From IMG/VR virus record IMGVR_UViG_3300028833_000069: a stretch of 33,393 bases of DNA; one strand, given 5' to 3'. The notes beneath the pieces are model-generated. The model was given only the letters and a program-made list of their open reading frames with translations, was not told the origin of the DNA and ran no database searches. This document shows positions 11,301-22,878 of this stretch, piece by piece (the stretch's first letter is position 1; each line of letters opens with the position of its first letter). Position numbers and translations under genes: made by a program. The DNA is from a virus (lineage: Duplodnaviria; Heunggongvirae; Uroviricota; Caudoviricetes).

Positions 11301-13698
11301 CTCTTAATTTCTCACTGTCATCTTTTTCATAGAAAGTATCTGTACCGCCTGAGTTAAATAAACTCAAGAAGTTATTAGCAGTTTGCTTTCTAGATAAAGT
11401 ATTTCTAACAATATAGTTTTCTGCCCAACACATTGGATTAACAACCTCTTGTACATTAGGTAATTCTGGGTCAGTGAAGTTTCTTTGTAATCTTGTAGTA
11501 ACATTACAGATGAAACAGTCACCACCATAGAACACATCAGTATTGTTATCAATTGGTTGTCTTGTGCTAATAGAGTAGAATGGGGATAAATCACTGAATC
11601 TTTGCAAGAATTGCAAATCATTAAAATCTTCTTTCTCAGAAGAAGGAACTTTAATGTTTAAGATTTGTCCTTGCTGGAAAGCTTCAGAGGTTAAACCAAC
11701 AAACGGAGTAAATAATCCTCTAACTTTATCAGAACTAGTTGTTAAATCTTGTGGAGCTGTTACCTTCCAGTCATGTTTAACATCCATACAAGTGTAAGCT
11801 TCTTCAGCAGTACCAGCTTTTGTTGAAAATAGTTCATCCTTAATCTTCTTGGCTGCTATATTTTCATCCATAAAGATTAAATTACTACTTGCCTTAGTGA
11901 TTTGCTCACTAACAACACCTTGAGCTACAATCAAACTAGAAGTATTATATTGTAAGTTAGCTCTAGCAACTTGCTCAAGATAGTATGTACTACCATTAAA
12001 CAATTGACCAAGAGTGCTTTTTCTTACAGCTGCTTCTGGTACAAGCATTGCTTTTGGAGAAGCCTTAATACCTGTAATAGTTTTAGGATTATCACCTAAT
12101 GTTCTACTTTGCTCTAAGAATCCTTTGCAAGACCCATAGAGACCACTCATCATTACTGGGATACCAGTCTTATCAACATCTGCTTTTCCAATTACTAAAC
12201 CTTGTGCAAGGATAGTAGGAATTCTTTTTTGTCTAACAATTCCATAGCCTTTAACATTAAAGTGATTTTTTAATATCTCAGATACTGATGCTGGAATGTT
12301 AAACTTAACACCTATAATAGTAGGCTGTAAGTTACCAACAGATACATTCAATTGATGAATATTAGCTTTAGGTAATCTTACAACACCTTTTGAATTTATA
12401 AAGTATTTCTTGTTAAAATAGAAATTATCTGGTTCAGGAATGCTTAGATTATTTACTGTAACATTTTGGTCTGATACAGAAAAACCTCCTAATTCATTTG
12501 CACCAGGATTATTATCTGGATTTGGAATAGTTTGTAAGTTGATACCTTGTATGTTAAATACAGGAGAAACTTGCCCATTTTCAAAGATATAGTAAATACC
12601 AAATCTATAGAATTCATCAGCCCAGTAACCAGTACTATAATATGTATTGTAAGTATTATAGTAAGCTCCTTTTGTAGTATCATCCAAACTTCTTTCAAAG
12701 CTATAATCTTTCTCAATAACAGAACCAATCTTACCAGATTTTATATCTACACTAGGAGTAATTCTCCAAGACAAAGATTGTAAATCATTATATCTGGTTC
12801 TATCTTGAGTTGTATTACCAAGGAACAATCTGTTTTGTGATTGGCAGATAGTTTTAGCAGTACCAATGTTAGCAAAGTCTTTTAAGAAATCTGCCTTATC
12901 TATTTCAACAATATCTTCAGAACCTGTAATAGTTATATCACAAGTTCCTTCTTTAATTGGGAATTTATAGTTAATACTATGATATGAAGTATGAGCTACT
13001 TGTGTGTTATCAGAAGTACTTCTTTCAAAATACACTTTTACAAAGTTATATCCTGAATGAATATTAGACATGTTAAACACAACAGATTTATTAGAAATCT
13101 CATCTTGCATTCCCATTCTAATATAAGGAGTTCCTATATCTCCAATAAATAATTGTACCAGATTAGATTCTTGCACAATTTCTGTTTCATTATCCTCATT
13201 ATCAAGTAATGAGAAGTAGAAGAAATAAGAACCACACTTCAATGAACCTGTTTCTAATAATTTAACAAATTCTAGTTTAGGAATACCTTCATAAGAAGGA
13301 AGTAAAGCAGATTGCTGCTCAAACTTATCTTCTTCATAAAGGTTTCTATCTTTCTCTCCTTTGTGGTCAACTATTTCATAAGTTTTACCTTCCTGGACAG
13401 AAAACCTAGAATTTATCAATTTAACTGAATTAACATCATCAGATAAAACAACATTAACACTTCCATCAAAGAAAGGTTGTATTTCCAACTCAACAGGAGT
13501 AGTCACTGGTTCATGTTGGAAATTAAGTTTATTTGTTGACATTTCAGTCAGTTTACCAGAATGTAAAATCAAGTTGTTAAACGGTGCATAGGAATCTGAC
13601 AAGTCTCCCTATAGATTCCTATTTGCCGCATATATTCTACTTTCTTCTTTATTAGAAGGGTTAAAAACAATATCTGGTTCTGTATTATATGTACTCAT
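8332..13698 (-). CDS. crAss-like tail stabilization/muzzle-type protein (1788 aa with TAG=Gln)
   Basis: Four listed ORFs plus an N-terminal piece join in one frame through TAGs at 13609, 11212, 10117 and 9379. Motifs I recall from crAss tail stabilization proteins: GYWADEFYRFGI, FYGGDCFIC, FGVDTVAKKIW, FTTFYDW and C-terminal RLRDKYLKVKVRYSG. Confidence 0.75.
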
Positions 13699-13703
13699 AA
13701 TTA

Positions 13704-16700
13704 TTAGCCATATTTTCTTACAGTTAAATTGTTAACATCTGTTGGTGTTCTACCTATAATCTAAGCTTTTTCATTACTTGCAGTACCAGCTCCTTCAAAG
13801 GTAAAATAACAATCTCTAAAGTCAAAGAATGAACCTTCTGTAGGATTCTCCAATATGTCACCATAATCTTTTTGCTCAGGATAGTAAATACCTGAATATT
13901 TAGCTACATCTAAACAACCGTGATTGTCATATCCACTTGGTCCCTCACAAACTACTGCCATAATTGGGAAGATTGTCCAGGAGTCCATTGCAGGAGTTAA
14001 TGTAACACAACCAGTTTGTTCAACAGTACTAGCAAATAATGCTAATTGGCTACCAGTAATCTCACCATTACCATCCTCAACATCTTCTGCATCTGCAATT
14101 CTAGCTTGTGCTAAGTTAGAACCTAAAGCATATACACCAAAGTTATACAGATTTACAGTGTAATCTTTATCAGCAGAAGAATCTTGAACTCCAAGATAAA
14201 GTACTGAATTATTTACTGCTATTTCTGTGATACCATCAGAATGTAAAGCTTCAAAAGATTTACCAGTTTTATTAGCCCAATCAAGGTTTACAATACCATA
14301 AGTAGAAGCTTGAACAGTTCCTGCTTCAATAACACCTTCAATAGTAAAGTTAGGTACATTTATAATAATATGACCAGTGCTATCGGTAAGCGTTAAATTA
14401 GTAACATACTTATAAGCAACAATACCATTAGAAGCTTCTGCTGTAATGTTCAAAGCTAATACTGTATACTTGGAAGATGGAGTTGTAATCATATCAGCAG
14501 TAACTGGAGATGCAACAGATGCAAATTGTTTTACATATGTCTGTCCAGTATCTGTTGTTGGAAGTGATACTCCTTGTGCAACAGTTTTACCTTTAAACTG
14601 ATAAAAGTAATTCTTAAATGTAACACCTTGCTTTACTTTCAATTGACTGTTCTTAAAAGTATAAGGACACAGGTTATGGTTAATATATCTAGTTAACTTA
14701 AATTCACCACCACTTGTTAAACCAACCAAAGAAGCTTCATGAATATCTTCAGAACTTCTCCAAACAACATAAGGAGTAAGTCTAAAATCACTCATATTCA
14801 TTCTTTCAGGTTTACCGCCACTTCCTAAATCATTATATTCAGCATATGCATTACCTCTTAACAATAAGTTAGGATTATGATTTGATTTAAATGAACCAGA
14901 GTTACTCTGGAAAGTTACTCTATATCTAGCTCCTTTACAAGCATCCTGTGGAGTAACTTGCATTTGAACATCTTCAGGAAAACCAAATTCACTAAATGTC
15001 TATGAGCCTTCTCTACTACTGTTGGAGAAACCTTTTGCACCTTTTCTTCCTTCTGTATTTGCAGAAGATAAAGCACTTTCATTCCATTTATCTGTATTTA
15101 ACTCATAAAGCATACCCCCATAAGTAATGGAGACATCTCCATGAGCATGAAGCATTTTTATTTTAGCATCCTTAGGATGGCTAAGCTTCACCAATAAGTT
15201 TCCTTCTGGATACAAATATTTTAAAGGTTGTGGATGTTCCCAAAATCTAACATCTCCTTGTAATAAGGTTTTATTAGCAGAAGGGTCAGAAGAATGTTGA
15301 CAATAAACACTATTTTTATAACCTTCTGGCATTTTGTTATAGAAAGTTGTCAAATATTTTAACAAAATTCTATCATCATGATTTCTTAAACCAGTAAGGT
15401 ATCCTCTAGCTACCCAGTTTAATTTTTTAGACCATGCTTGTTGCCAGTTTGTAGTACCTAAATCCATAAGAACACTTGGAGTATCTAATTCACATCCACC
15501 TGCATTAACAAGACCTACCCAATGCCAAGCTCTTCTTCCACCTCCACTTAAAGGTATACCATTACCAGCGTCATCTGAGTTATTACCACAAGCCATCCAG
15601 TCATACCATGTACCCCAGAAAGAACATTCTCCAACATAGTGTCTAGTAGTACCAGATTGCCAGTTTCTTCTATCTTCAAAATTAAATACTCCACCTCTGT
15701 AGTAAATTGAACCATTGTTAGTACCACCACTATTATGGGCTTTTGTAGATTCTACTACAGGATGCCAAGCATTCCAATAACCATAATTATGCCAGTTTGC
15801 TTCATATGTTGATTTATCATTTACAAAAGAACATTTTATAAAAGAACCATCATAGTCTCCACTAGCATTTGATCTTAAAGAAGGTAATATTGTTGTTGAA
15901 CTCAACACTAAAGGTTGATTATTTAAATAACCATTTTTAGAAGTACCACTACCATTAACAGCAAGATAAGCATGTGGGTCACAAGACCAGTTTTGTTCTC
16001 CCGATGAACTAAATGTTAACCAAGAAGAATCAGACCTCCACATACCAGAGTTAGAGTCTTTATTATCAATAAAGTGATAAACACCAAGGTCATACACTTT
16101 ATAGAAATACTTTTCAGCTTGCTCTTTGGATAAAGAGTTCAGTTCAGGAATAATGTTTTCACTATCACTCTTATTTACATCATAGTATTGAGGTAAAGTG
16201 TTGATAGTTTGATACATTGAAACTTTTATATTCTGCTGTATATAAGAATAAGCAGGATTGTAATGTAACAAAAGTTCATTATATCTTATTCCTAACTTAG
16301 AGTCAAGACCATAGATTCTAATTACAAGGTCTGTATCAGGGTCACTTAATTCAATTCTACAAAGAGCATTATTGTAGGTAAATGAAGTCTTTCTTGTTTC
16401 AAGTAAGCCTTTATTATTTGCTACAATGAATTCTGTACCTTCTTTGTTAGTAGCATATGTAGAAATGTGCTTTTCTGTAAGCATTACTTGAATACCTACA
16501 TTTTCTGCCCAACCATCTGGAACATCTGCTGTATCATTATCAATTCTAACTGCTTTAATATTTGGATGAGGTTCAATAGCAATATAAACTCTGTCTATTT
16601 TACATCCACAGTCAGAATGATAAAGTAATTCTTGTATTGCTACTGTACAAGTTCTATCAGCAAATTCTTCAGATAAGTCATCTAATTCAATACCAGGAAT

Positions 16701-17777
16701 AACAGTACTGTAAGGCATATTGAAAGCTACACCATTGTAAATAACAGGATTTAACCTAATGTTACTTACTTCCTTGCCTTTGAATAGAACTCCTAACTTA
16801 CCAGATTGCATGTTAGGATAAGCAATAGCAATATTTCTTTTTATATATTCATTGACATCTGTACAAGCATTTTGATAAGCAGAAGACAAAGGAATATACC
16901 AAGTTGGTAAATCTTTTTGAATAAATCTATTACCATTCTTCTCTAACCAATAAAAGTTTGTATCTTCAAACTGTACTGTCTTTACAGAAGATGCTCCTAC
17001 AGATACTAAGTTACAATCTACTGTATATGGTCTTTTATCCCAATCTACTGTATAAACAATAAACTTACCCAGACCAGTATCATCAGCTGCACCATAAGCA
17101 GCTTCTTTCTCTGCATCAGTAGCAGGATAAGTAATTGTTATTCCACTATTAAGGTCTTTCTCACCTGTTAAAGAGTTCTTTAAATCAGTAGCAGATAAAG
17201 GAGTAATAGAACCATAACCTTGTTGTGCTGCTGTTAAATATGGTGCGCTATCTTGTACACTTAAAAAAAGGATGAATTGGTCTCCTACATTAAATACTTT
17301 TTCTTCACCAGTACCTGTCATACTTTGAAGTACAATAGGAATAGGTTTAATTCTAGTCTCATGTTTTACATAGGTATCAAAGCTATTCTTGTTAAAGTTA
17401 TTATCCAAGACATCTCTGATATGCCAATCATCTTCACTGTTATAGTTAGCTACATATTCTGCATTATTATAAGTAATAATAGGGCTTGGAATACTACCTA
17501 ACTCACACTCACCATTCTAATTAACAGAAGCAATATAGAGCACACCACCATGCTCTTTCATACCAACAGGAATAAAGCCAGGATGTAGGCCCATAATCTT
17601 GCCAGTCCTGGAATCTACAATCCTGGTATTACCCATATCATTTTGTAATGCGGTTTCATTACCATTATAAGTAATAAAGGTAGCATTAAGTGCATCAGTA
17701 TATGTGTCTTTACCAGTGTTTAAGGGGTGTAAGTCCTTTATCAATCCCCCTGAGAAAGCTTGTGTTGTATTTTCCAT
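13704..17777 (-). CDS. Large crAss-like tail protein with a muzzle-like N-terminus and a long variable region (1357 aa with TAG=Gln)
   Basis: ORFs 17517..17777, 15000..17408 and 13761..14963 join through TAGs at 17517, 15000 and 13761; TAA at 13704. The N-terminus F.GGLIKDLHP...ALNAT.ITYNGNE.ALQNDMGN...GECELGSIPSP resembles crAss tail proteins. Confidence 0.7.
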
Positions 17778-18729
17778 ATTTATTTTTGCCTACAAATTCA
17801 GCTTTAGTTGTTATCAATTTAGGATACCATACTCTAAAACCTAAATCTTTAGGAGCAGGCACCCTCCATATATATTTGACCATTTTATCATGATAAAGTT
17901 CAGATTTTACTTTAGTTAAAGTTACTGATTTAAATTCTTTTGTACCACCCTACTGAACAACTTGCTAATGTTTTGTCTAGCTACATCCAATATAGTAATA
18001 CTTATCCCAAACTCTTCTCTAAATCCTAAATAAAAATCTTTCCTTCATTCTCCACTTAAACATAGCCTGGTCAAACCATGAAAGTGGATTTATAAATAAC
18101 ATGCCAGTAAACATAAAGATGCTGTCTCTATTATCACAAGTAAAAACATCACATTTCTTATGATTTACATACCAATACATTCTAAGACCATAAGATAAAA
18201 TATTTTTAATCTCTTCTCTAGTAAATATTGTATGTTTTTTCTAAACAGCTTCTACATAATCCTCAACAGTCCTGTAATCACCAGCACCAAACTTCTTACC
18301 ACTATTAGCAGCATTTAATAGTTCATGAGCTAAAGTAGAAGTGATGTATATAGGCTTTTTATATTCCTAATAGACTGTTCTCCATTTTAAATAAACTCTA
18401 TAACCAGTGAAGTTAGTTGCAATATAATCAACTCCTTCAAAACCACCTAATTGTCTAGCTTTTTTAAAATCATCACCAGTAATAGGATGAACTTCAATCC
18501 ATGCTCTAGTACCAGGAGGAAGTTTAAAAGCTATGTTTTCTCTAACAATATCAGGTAATAAGATTCTAAAGAAATCTCTTAATATAAGAGCTAAAAGATT
18601 TTGAAATGACATTCCATATACTTCTTCTGCTCTTTCTTTAGATATTCTAATTTTTTTAACTTTGAAATTGGTATATAAGTCATCAAAGTGGACACTGTAG
18701 CTTACTGGATAAACAGGTCCTTCATACAT
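17710..18729 (-). CDS. Basic protein, possibly HU/IHF-like (339 aa, 6 TAGs)
   Basis: The 120-aa ORF continues through six in-frame TAGs (first at 18367) to TAA at 17710, filling a 600-bp gap in the ORF track. The ORF is well supported. The HU/IHF call rests on position and weak helical pattern only. Confidence 0.6.
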
Positions 18730-18731
18730 TA

Positions 18732-19433
18732 TTAGTGTGCAATATGAGCACTAAGCCCATACAATTTTCTGTTAAATGATGTCTGTACATCAAGTACTTC
18801 ATCAATAACATTTTGGTTAATATGTTCAGGAATTCTAGCTAATTGACTAAGCTTAATCCATTCCTGTTTTTCTGCTTGTGCTAGCTGGAATGTTGAAGCA
18901 TCCCTAGTTAATCTAGCTTTTTTAAAATCTTCTGAATATGCACAATACATTGCAATTGCTTGCATTTCTCTTTCTGTAAGATAAGGTAATTCATTTTCAT
19001 CCATATAGTGACCAAGATAGTAAAGATGAACTTCACCATAGTTTTTATTGAACACTAACTTATCACCTAAATCTTCAAAAAGTGCAAATTCATTATGTGT
19101 ATATAAACGATGAGAATTTCTTCTCCTTAATTCAATATCAGACTCAATTGAGTATGCCCCACCTGCATACCATTCATGAGTAGTAGTAAGCTCTTTAACA
19201 TCTAAAAATTTAGTTGTTACAGCTTCTATATAAACAAGGTTACATGGTTTATAAACATACCACCCTTCAGGTCCTCTTTGAACCTTTAATACAGTATGAT
19301 ACATCCTAGTATCTTTGTTTCCTATTTTATTGAAGGCTACCATACCTATGGTTTCAAATGTATCCTCATCTAAATCAACACCATAAAGGTCATTAGCCAA
19401 AGCTAATGCTGAATAAAAATTATATTTTTTCAT
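18732..19433 (-). CDS. crAss-like tail ring/tubular protein (233 aa)
   Basis: Clean ORF, translationally coupled to the upstream gene (TAATG). Its size, position and Y.G...DENELPY motif fit crAss ring proteins. Confidence 0.6.
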   Translation of the reverse strand: MKKYNFYSALALANDLYGVDLDEDTFETIGMVAFNKIGNKDTRMYHTVLKVQRGPEGWYVYKPCNLVYIEAVTTKFLDVKELTTTHEWYAGGAYSIESDIELRRRNSHRLYTHNEFALFEDLGDKLVFNKNYGEVHLYYLGHYMDENELPYLTEREMQAIAMYCAYSEDFKKARLTRDASTFQLAQAEKQEWIKLSQLARIPEHINQNVIDEVLDVQTSFNRKLYGLSAHIAH

Positions 19434-20098
19434 TATTTAGGAACTTGATTATTTGGCATTGGTGGTTGCCAATATTGTTTGTAATATGATAGGTATTTTT
19501 GTGTTAACCTTCTTTCAACTTCATTATTTATAGCAGAGAAATTTTCAGAATCTGCTAAATCACAACAACCCCATTCTGCAACTTGTCTTGGATCTTTAAA
19601 AATTGCTTCAACTGATATTATTTCAAGCATTGGAGCATTAAATACCCAGCCATCATAAAGATTATCTGCATTAGGAGTAGTATCAATATATACATAAGGA
19701 GATTTGCTTCTCCTCATTCTAAACTTATGAAATCTAAAGTTCTTATTTGTATATACTTTGAAAGGTATTTGTTTGTCAACTGTACCAATGTAAACAATGC
19801 CCTCATCCCCAAAGTCATTGATTATTTGTGGTATCTGGAAATGTTGCTCTGGTTGAGAATAATCTCCTGAACAGCATTTGTCCAAAGACTTACAGTCTAA
19901 CTTAATACAGTTGATTGCATATGTTAAATCCTTTACAGGAATAAGATTTCTTTTTGAGTACTCTTGTATAACTTGTAATCTTTCTGCTACTACAGCATCT
20001 TCTAATTGTTCAATGGAGATATTAAGAGTAGCATTATAACCACTCAATCCACTAACAACATTATTATACACAGCACTTGCTAATTTGCTTACATTCAT
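19433..20098 (-). CDS. crAss-like tail ring protein (221 aa)
   Basis: Clean ORF with Cys cluster CIKLDCKSLDKCC, PYVYID and AIFKDPR motifs; lies in the head-tail module. Confidence 0.6.
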   Translation of the reverse strand: MNVSKLASAVYNNVVSGLSGYNATLNISIEQLEDAVVAERLQVIQEYSKRNLIPVKDLTYAINCIKLDCKSLDKCCSGDYSQPEQHFQIPQIINDFGDEGIVYIGTVDKQIPFKVYTNKNFRFHKFRMRRSKSPYVYIDTTPNADNLYDGWVFNAPMLEIISVEAIFKDPRQVAEWGCCDLADSENFSAINNEVERRLTQKYLSYYKQYWQPPMPNNQVPK

Positions 20099-20106
20099 AC
20101 CAATAT

Positions 20107-20151
20107 AAATAAAGAAAGGGAGACAGGTAGATTACTCCACCTACCTCCCTT
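20107..20151 (-). terminator. Intrinsic terminator after the 296-aa gene
   Basis: Minus strand AAGGGAGGTAGGTGGA-GTAA-TCTACCTGTCTCCCTT-TCTTTATTT; 16-bp stem with G-U pairs and a GNRA loop. Confidence 0.8.
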
Positions 20152-20174
20152 ATTAAGATTTAGGACTAAATATC

Positions 20175-21065
20175 TTATGCTACAACAACCTCTGCTGTGT
20201 TACCATTAACAGTCTTAATAGCAGCAATCAAAGCAGCTGTAGAAGCAGCAGGCACATATACTACAGTGTAAACTCTAGATACAGCCAACTGACTAACAAC
20301 ACCGTGTGCAACACTCTGTCTGTCAGTATCAACAGACCAGCTTACCTGGTCATACAAAGTACCAGGAACAGGATACTCACCTCTAAATGCAGCACCATCA
20401 CCAAATGGATGAACATTCTGAGTAGTAGGCAGGATAGCATCCTTAACCAATCTCTTGTAAGTTCCAAGTCCTTCATCACCATGAACAAGGCTTGTGTAAA
20501 CAGAACTATCAAGCAAGTTAACAGACTCTACAGGTCTAGCAGCAAGGTCGTTGTCATAAACATTAACCTTAACTTCTTTCAGTCTCTGATAGCAGTCAAC
20601 AGCTTCAATAGTTAATACAGCACCACTAGCACTTACCTTGATGATTTCATAACCAGCCATTTTAGCAGCTTTCTCAAATACAGCAGCAAGCTTTGGAACA
20701 ATAGTAGCAATAGTATCGCTAGAACCAACTGTTACAGTTGCAGTCAGAGGTTTATCTCTGTCTGGCATTCTAGTATTGTCCTCAGAAGCATTCAAGCCTT
20801 CTCTGACATAGTTAACAAACAATTCAACTACCTTACCAGCACTCAGTGTAAGTCCTGAAACAGTAGCAATCAGCTTTTCTTTAGCTTCAGCTCTACCTGC
20901 TCTCTTGGAGAGGTTCTTAACAGAACCATTGTTGAGCAGCTGTCCAAGACCAGGAATACTGATACTTGCAACAGCAGAAGTAGCATCAGTTGGATCTACA
21001 TGAGCAGTGCTAATTGCTGTAACATCGTCAGCTGTCAGAATGGCAAATTTCTTAAATTCATTCAT
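20175..21065 (-). CDS. Probable high-copy virion protein (auxiliary capsid/decoration-like, 296 aa)
   Basis: Clean ORF, Ala/Val/Thr-rich, with no TAG. It lies three genes after the MCP and is followed by a terminator. Confidence 0.55.
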   Translation of the reverse strand: MNEFKKFAILTADDVTAISTAHVDPTDATSAVASISIPGLGQLLNNGSVKNLSKRAGRAEAKEKLIATVSGLTLSAGKVVELFVNYVREGLNASEDNTRMPDRDKPLTATVTVGSSDTIATIVPKLAAVFEKAAKMAGYEIIKVSASGAVLTIEAVDCYQRLKEVKVNVYDNDLAARPVESVNLLDSSVYTSLVHGDEGLGTYKRLVKDAILPTTQNVHPFGDGAAFRGEYPVPGTLYDQVSWSVDTDRQSVAHGVVSQLAVSRVYTVVYVPAASTAALIAAIKTVNGNTAEVVVA

Positions 21066-21104
21066 TGCTTAAAAATATATGATAGGTATTAAAACCAATG
21101 CTTA

Positions 21105-21920
21105 TTATCTTTGTTGTGGGATAGGTTGATTGGTTGCAATATGTGTCTACAACCTTGCATCTTTAGCATTTTCCAATGCAATCATTACTATCTTGTTAAT
21201 TATCTTATATTGCATCCCAATTGGGAATTCTAATGTTGCTGAAGTGTCTCCAACAGCATCTATTTCATCTTGTGTGAGCTACATTTGTATTGGAGCTCTG
21301 AGGTAATCTACAAAAACTTTATTTAACCTATATCTTCTATTATTGCCAAACTTCAATTCCATTACTGGAAGAGAAGTATTGGCATAATTTCTAGAACCTA
21401 CAGTGTCATCAGTAGTATTACTTAATACAACAGGCTCATCTATATTAGAAATATAATAGTATGGTCTCTTGACAGAAGGCTTCATATAGTAGTTAGTATG
21501 AATAGAAGACCACTGATTAGATGTTACCTTATTAGCAGTTGCTTGAAAGATAGAAGGATTAACAGCTTCACATTTACAATCTTTTTGATTTAAATCTTCA
21601 AATTCAAATATGCAATTTAAAATATGCATATAGTCTTTTGGTAAATGAATGTAGTATCTATCAGTCCCAGTAAAGATAGGGTCTGAATTAGAACCTTTTT
21701 CAATTATTAGTGGACTGCTACCACCATAAACAATGGTTTTAGATAATACTCTTAATTCATCAGTATTCTTCTGTTCAACTTCAAAGGCTTGATAAGCCTC
21801 TTCAATAACTTGCTGTACAGCCTTGTTATAGAAGTACTCATAGTCCTTCAAGAGCAAGGCAGGTGCCTGAACTTTGTTAAGTTCTGTGAGCACATTTCTA
21901 TAAACTTCAAGTTCTGTCAT
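21105..21920 (-). CDS. crAss-like head-tail connector/ring protein (271 aa with TAG=Gln)
   Basis: The 213-aa ORF extends through TAGs at 21279 and ~21147 to TAA at 21105. Motifs FEVEQKNTDELRVL, LPKDYMHIL, DYLRAP and LENAKDARL[Q]T. Confidence 0.65.
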
Positions 21921-21929
21921 AAGAAATTA

Positions 21930-22784
21930 TTATTTGTTAGTTCTTGCAGTCTTTTTAACAGGCTCATACTCTGGATATGCAGCCTTTTTTATTTCCTCGT
22001 AAACAGCCTGATAAGCATCTTGTGCCAACATTCTAGCTGCTGACTCAATGTCTTTTCCAAGCATTGTATCTCCATAGTAGAGTAAACCTCTAATTCTAGT
22101 TACTACTCCAACTTCAACAGCCTTTGTAACAACAATAATTACATTAGTAATAGGATTTTCATAGAGGTCAATAATCTTGTTTGGATCTTTACCAGCTTCT
22201 CTAAGTAAGAAAGCTTTAATGTCAAAGCTAGACTGTCTTTCCATACCGTCTCTACCTAACAGCTTGCACTTAGAAATCATATCTTCAATACTGTCATTAT
22301 TGAAAATAAGAGATTTTGCTTTAAAGATCAACTCATCTCTCTTAACTCTGGCTTCTGCCATCTTACCTGGCTTGTAGATGTAAAACTCAGCTGCACCAAG
22401 TCTTCCTTTAGCATTACCGTGCTCATCTACAACACTATCAGGACCATCAATCAGATAACCATCAGTACCTCTTTCAGCTCTGTCCTTAGCAATAGCTCTG
22501 GAATACTTAATAGCTTCCCATTCAGCAGCATCTTTGAGATTACCAAGATTGAACTCCTTATTATGGTAAATCTCAATAAGGTCATCTGTACCAATGAAAT
22601 AAACTTTACCTTTAGATTGAGCTTCCAAATCAGAACTGGAAAGAATTAACTTACCGTGCTCATCTCTAGGTCTTATAAAATCAGGATATTCCCCAGATTC
22701 AGGGTTTCTACAAGGTTGAAGAAGGATCTTTCTGCCTGATTTATCATAAGCATCCTTCAAAATAATAATTTCATTACTAGCCAT
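21930..22784 (-). CDS. Hypothetical protein immediately downstream of the MCP (284 aa)
   Basis: Clean ATG-to-TAA ORF at a position occupied by a conserved gene in crAss-like phages. Confidence 0.7.
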   Translation of the reverse strand: MASNEIIILKDAYDKSGRKILLQPCRNPESGEYPDFIRPRDEHGKLILSSSDLEAQSKGKVYFIGTDDLIEIYHNKEFNLGNLKDAAEWEAIKYSRAIAKDRAERGTDGYLIDGPDSVVDEHGNAKGRLGAAEFYIYKPGKMAEARVKRDELIFKAKSLIFNNDSIEDMISKCKLLGRDGMERQSSFDIKAFLLREAGKDPNKIIDLYENPITNVIIVVTKAVEVGVVTRIRGLLYYGDTMLGKDIESAARMLAQDAYQAVYEEIKKAAYPEYEPVKKTARTNK

Positions 22785-22804
22785 AATACTTATTCACATT
22801 TTCT

Positions 22805-22855
22805 AAAAATAAAAAGGAAGGGAGGCAGGGTATCTAACCCCACCATCCCTCACCT
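22805..22855 (-). terminator. Intrinsic terminator/attenuator after the MCP
   Basis: Minus strand AGGTGAGGGATGGTGGGGT-TAGAT-ACCCTGCCTCCCTTCCT-TTTTATTTTT; imperfect GC-rich stem plus a U tract. Confidence 0.7.
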
Positions 22856-22878
22856 AAAAAAGGACATTATCTAAGAGA

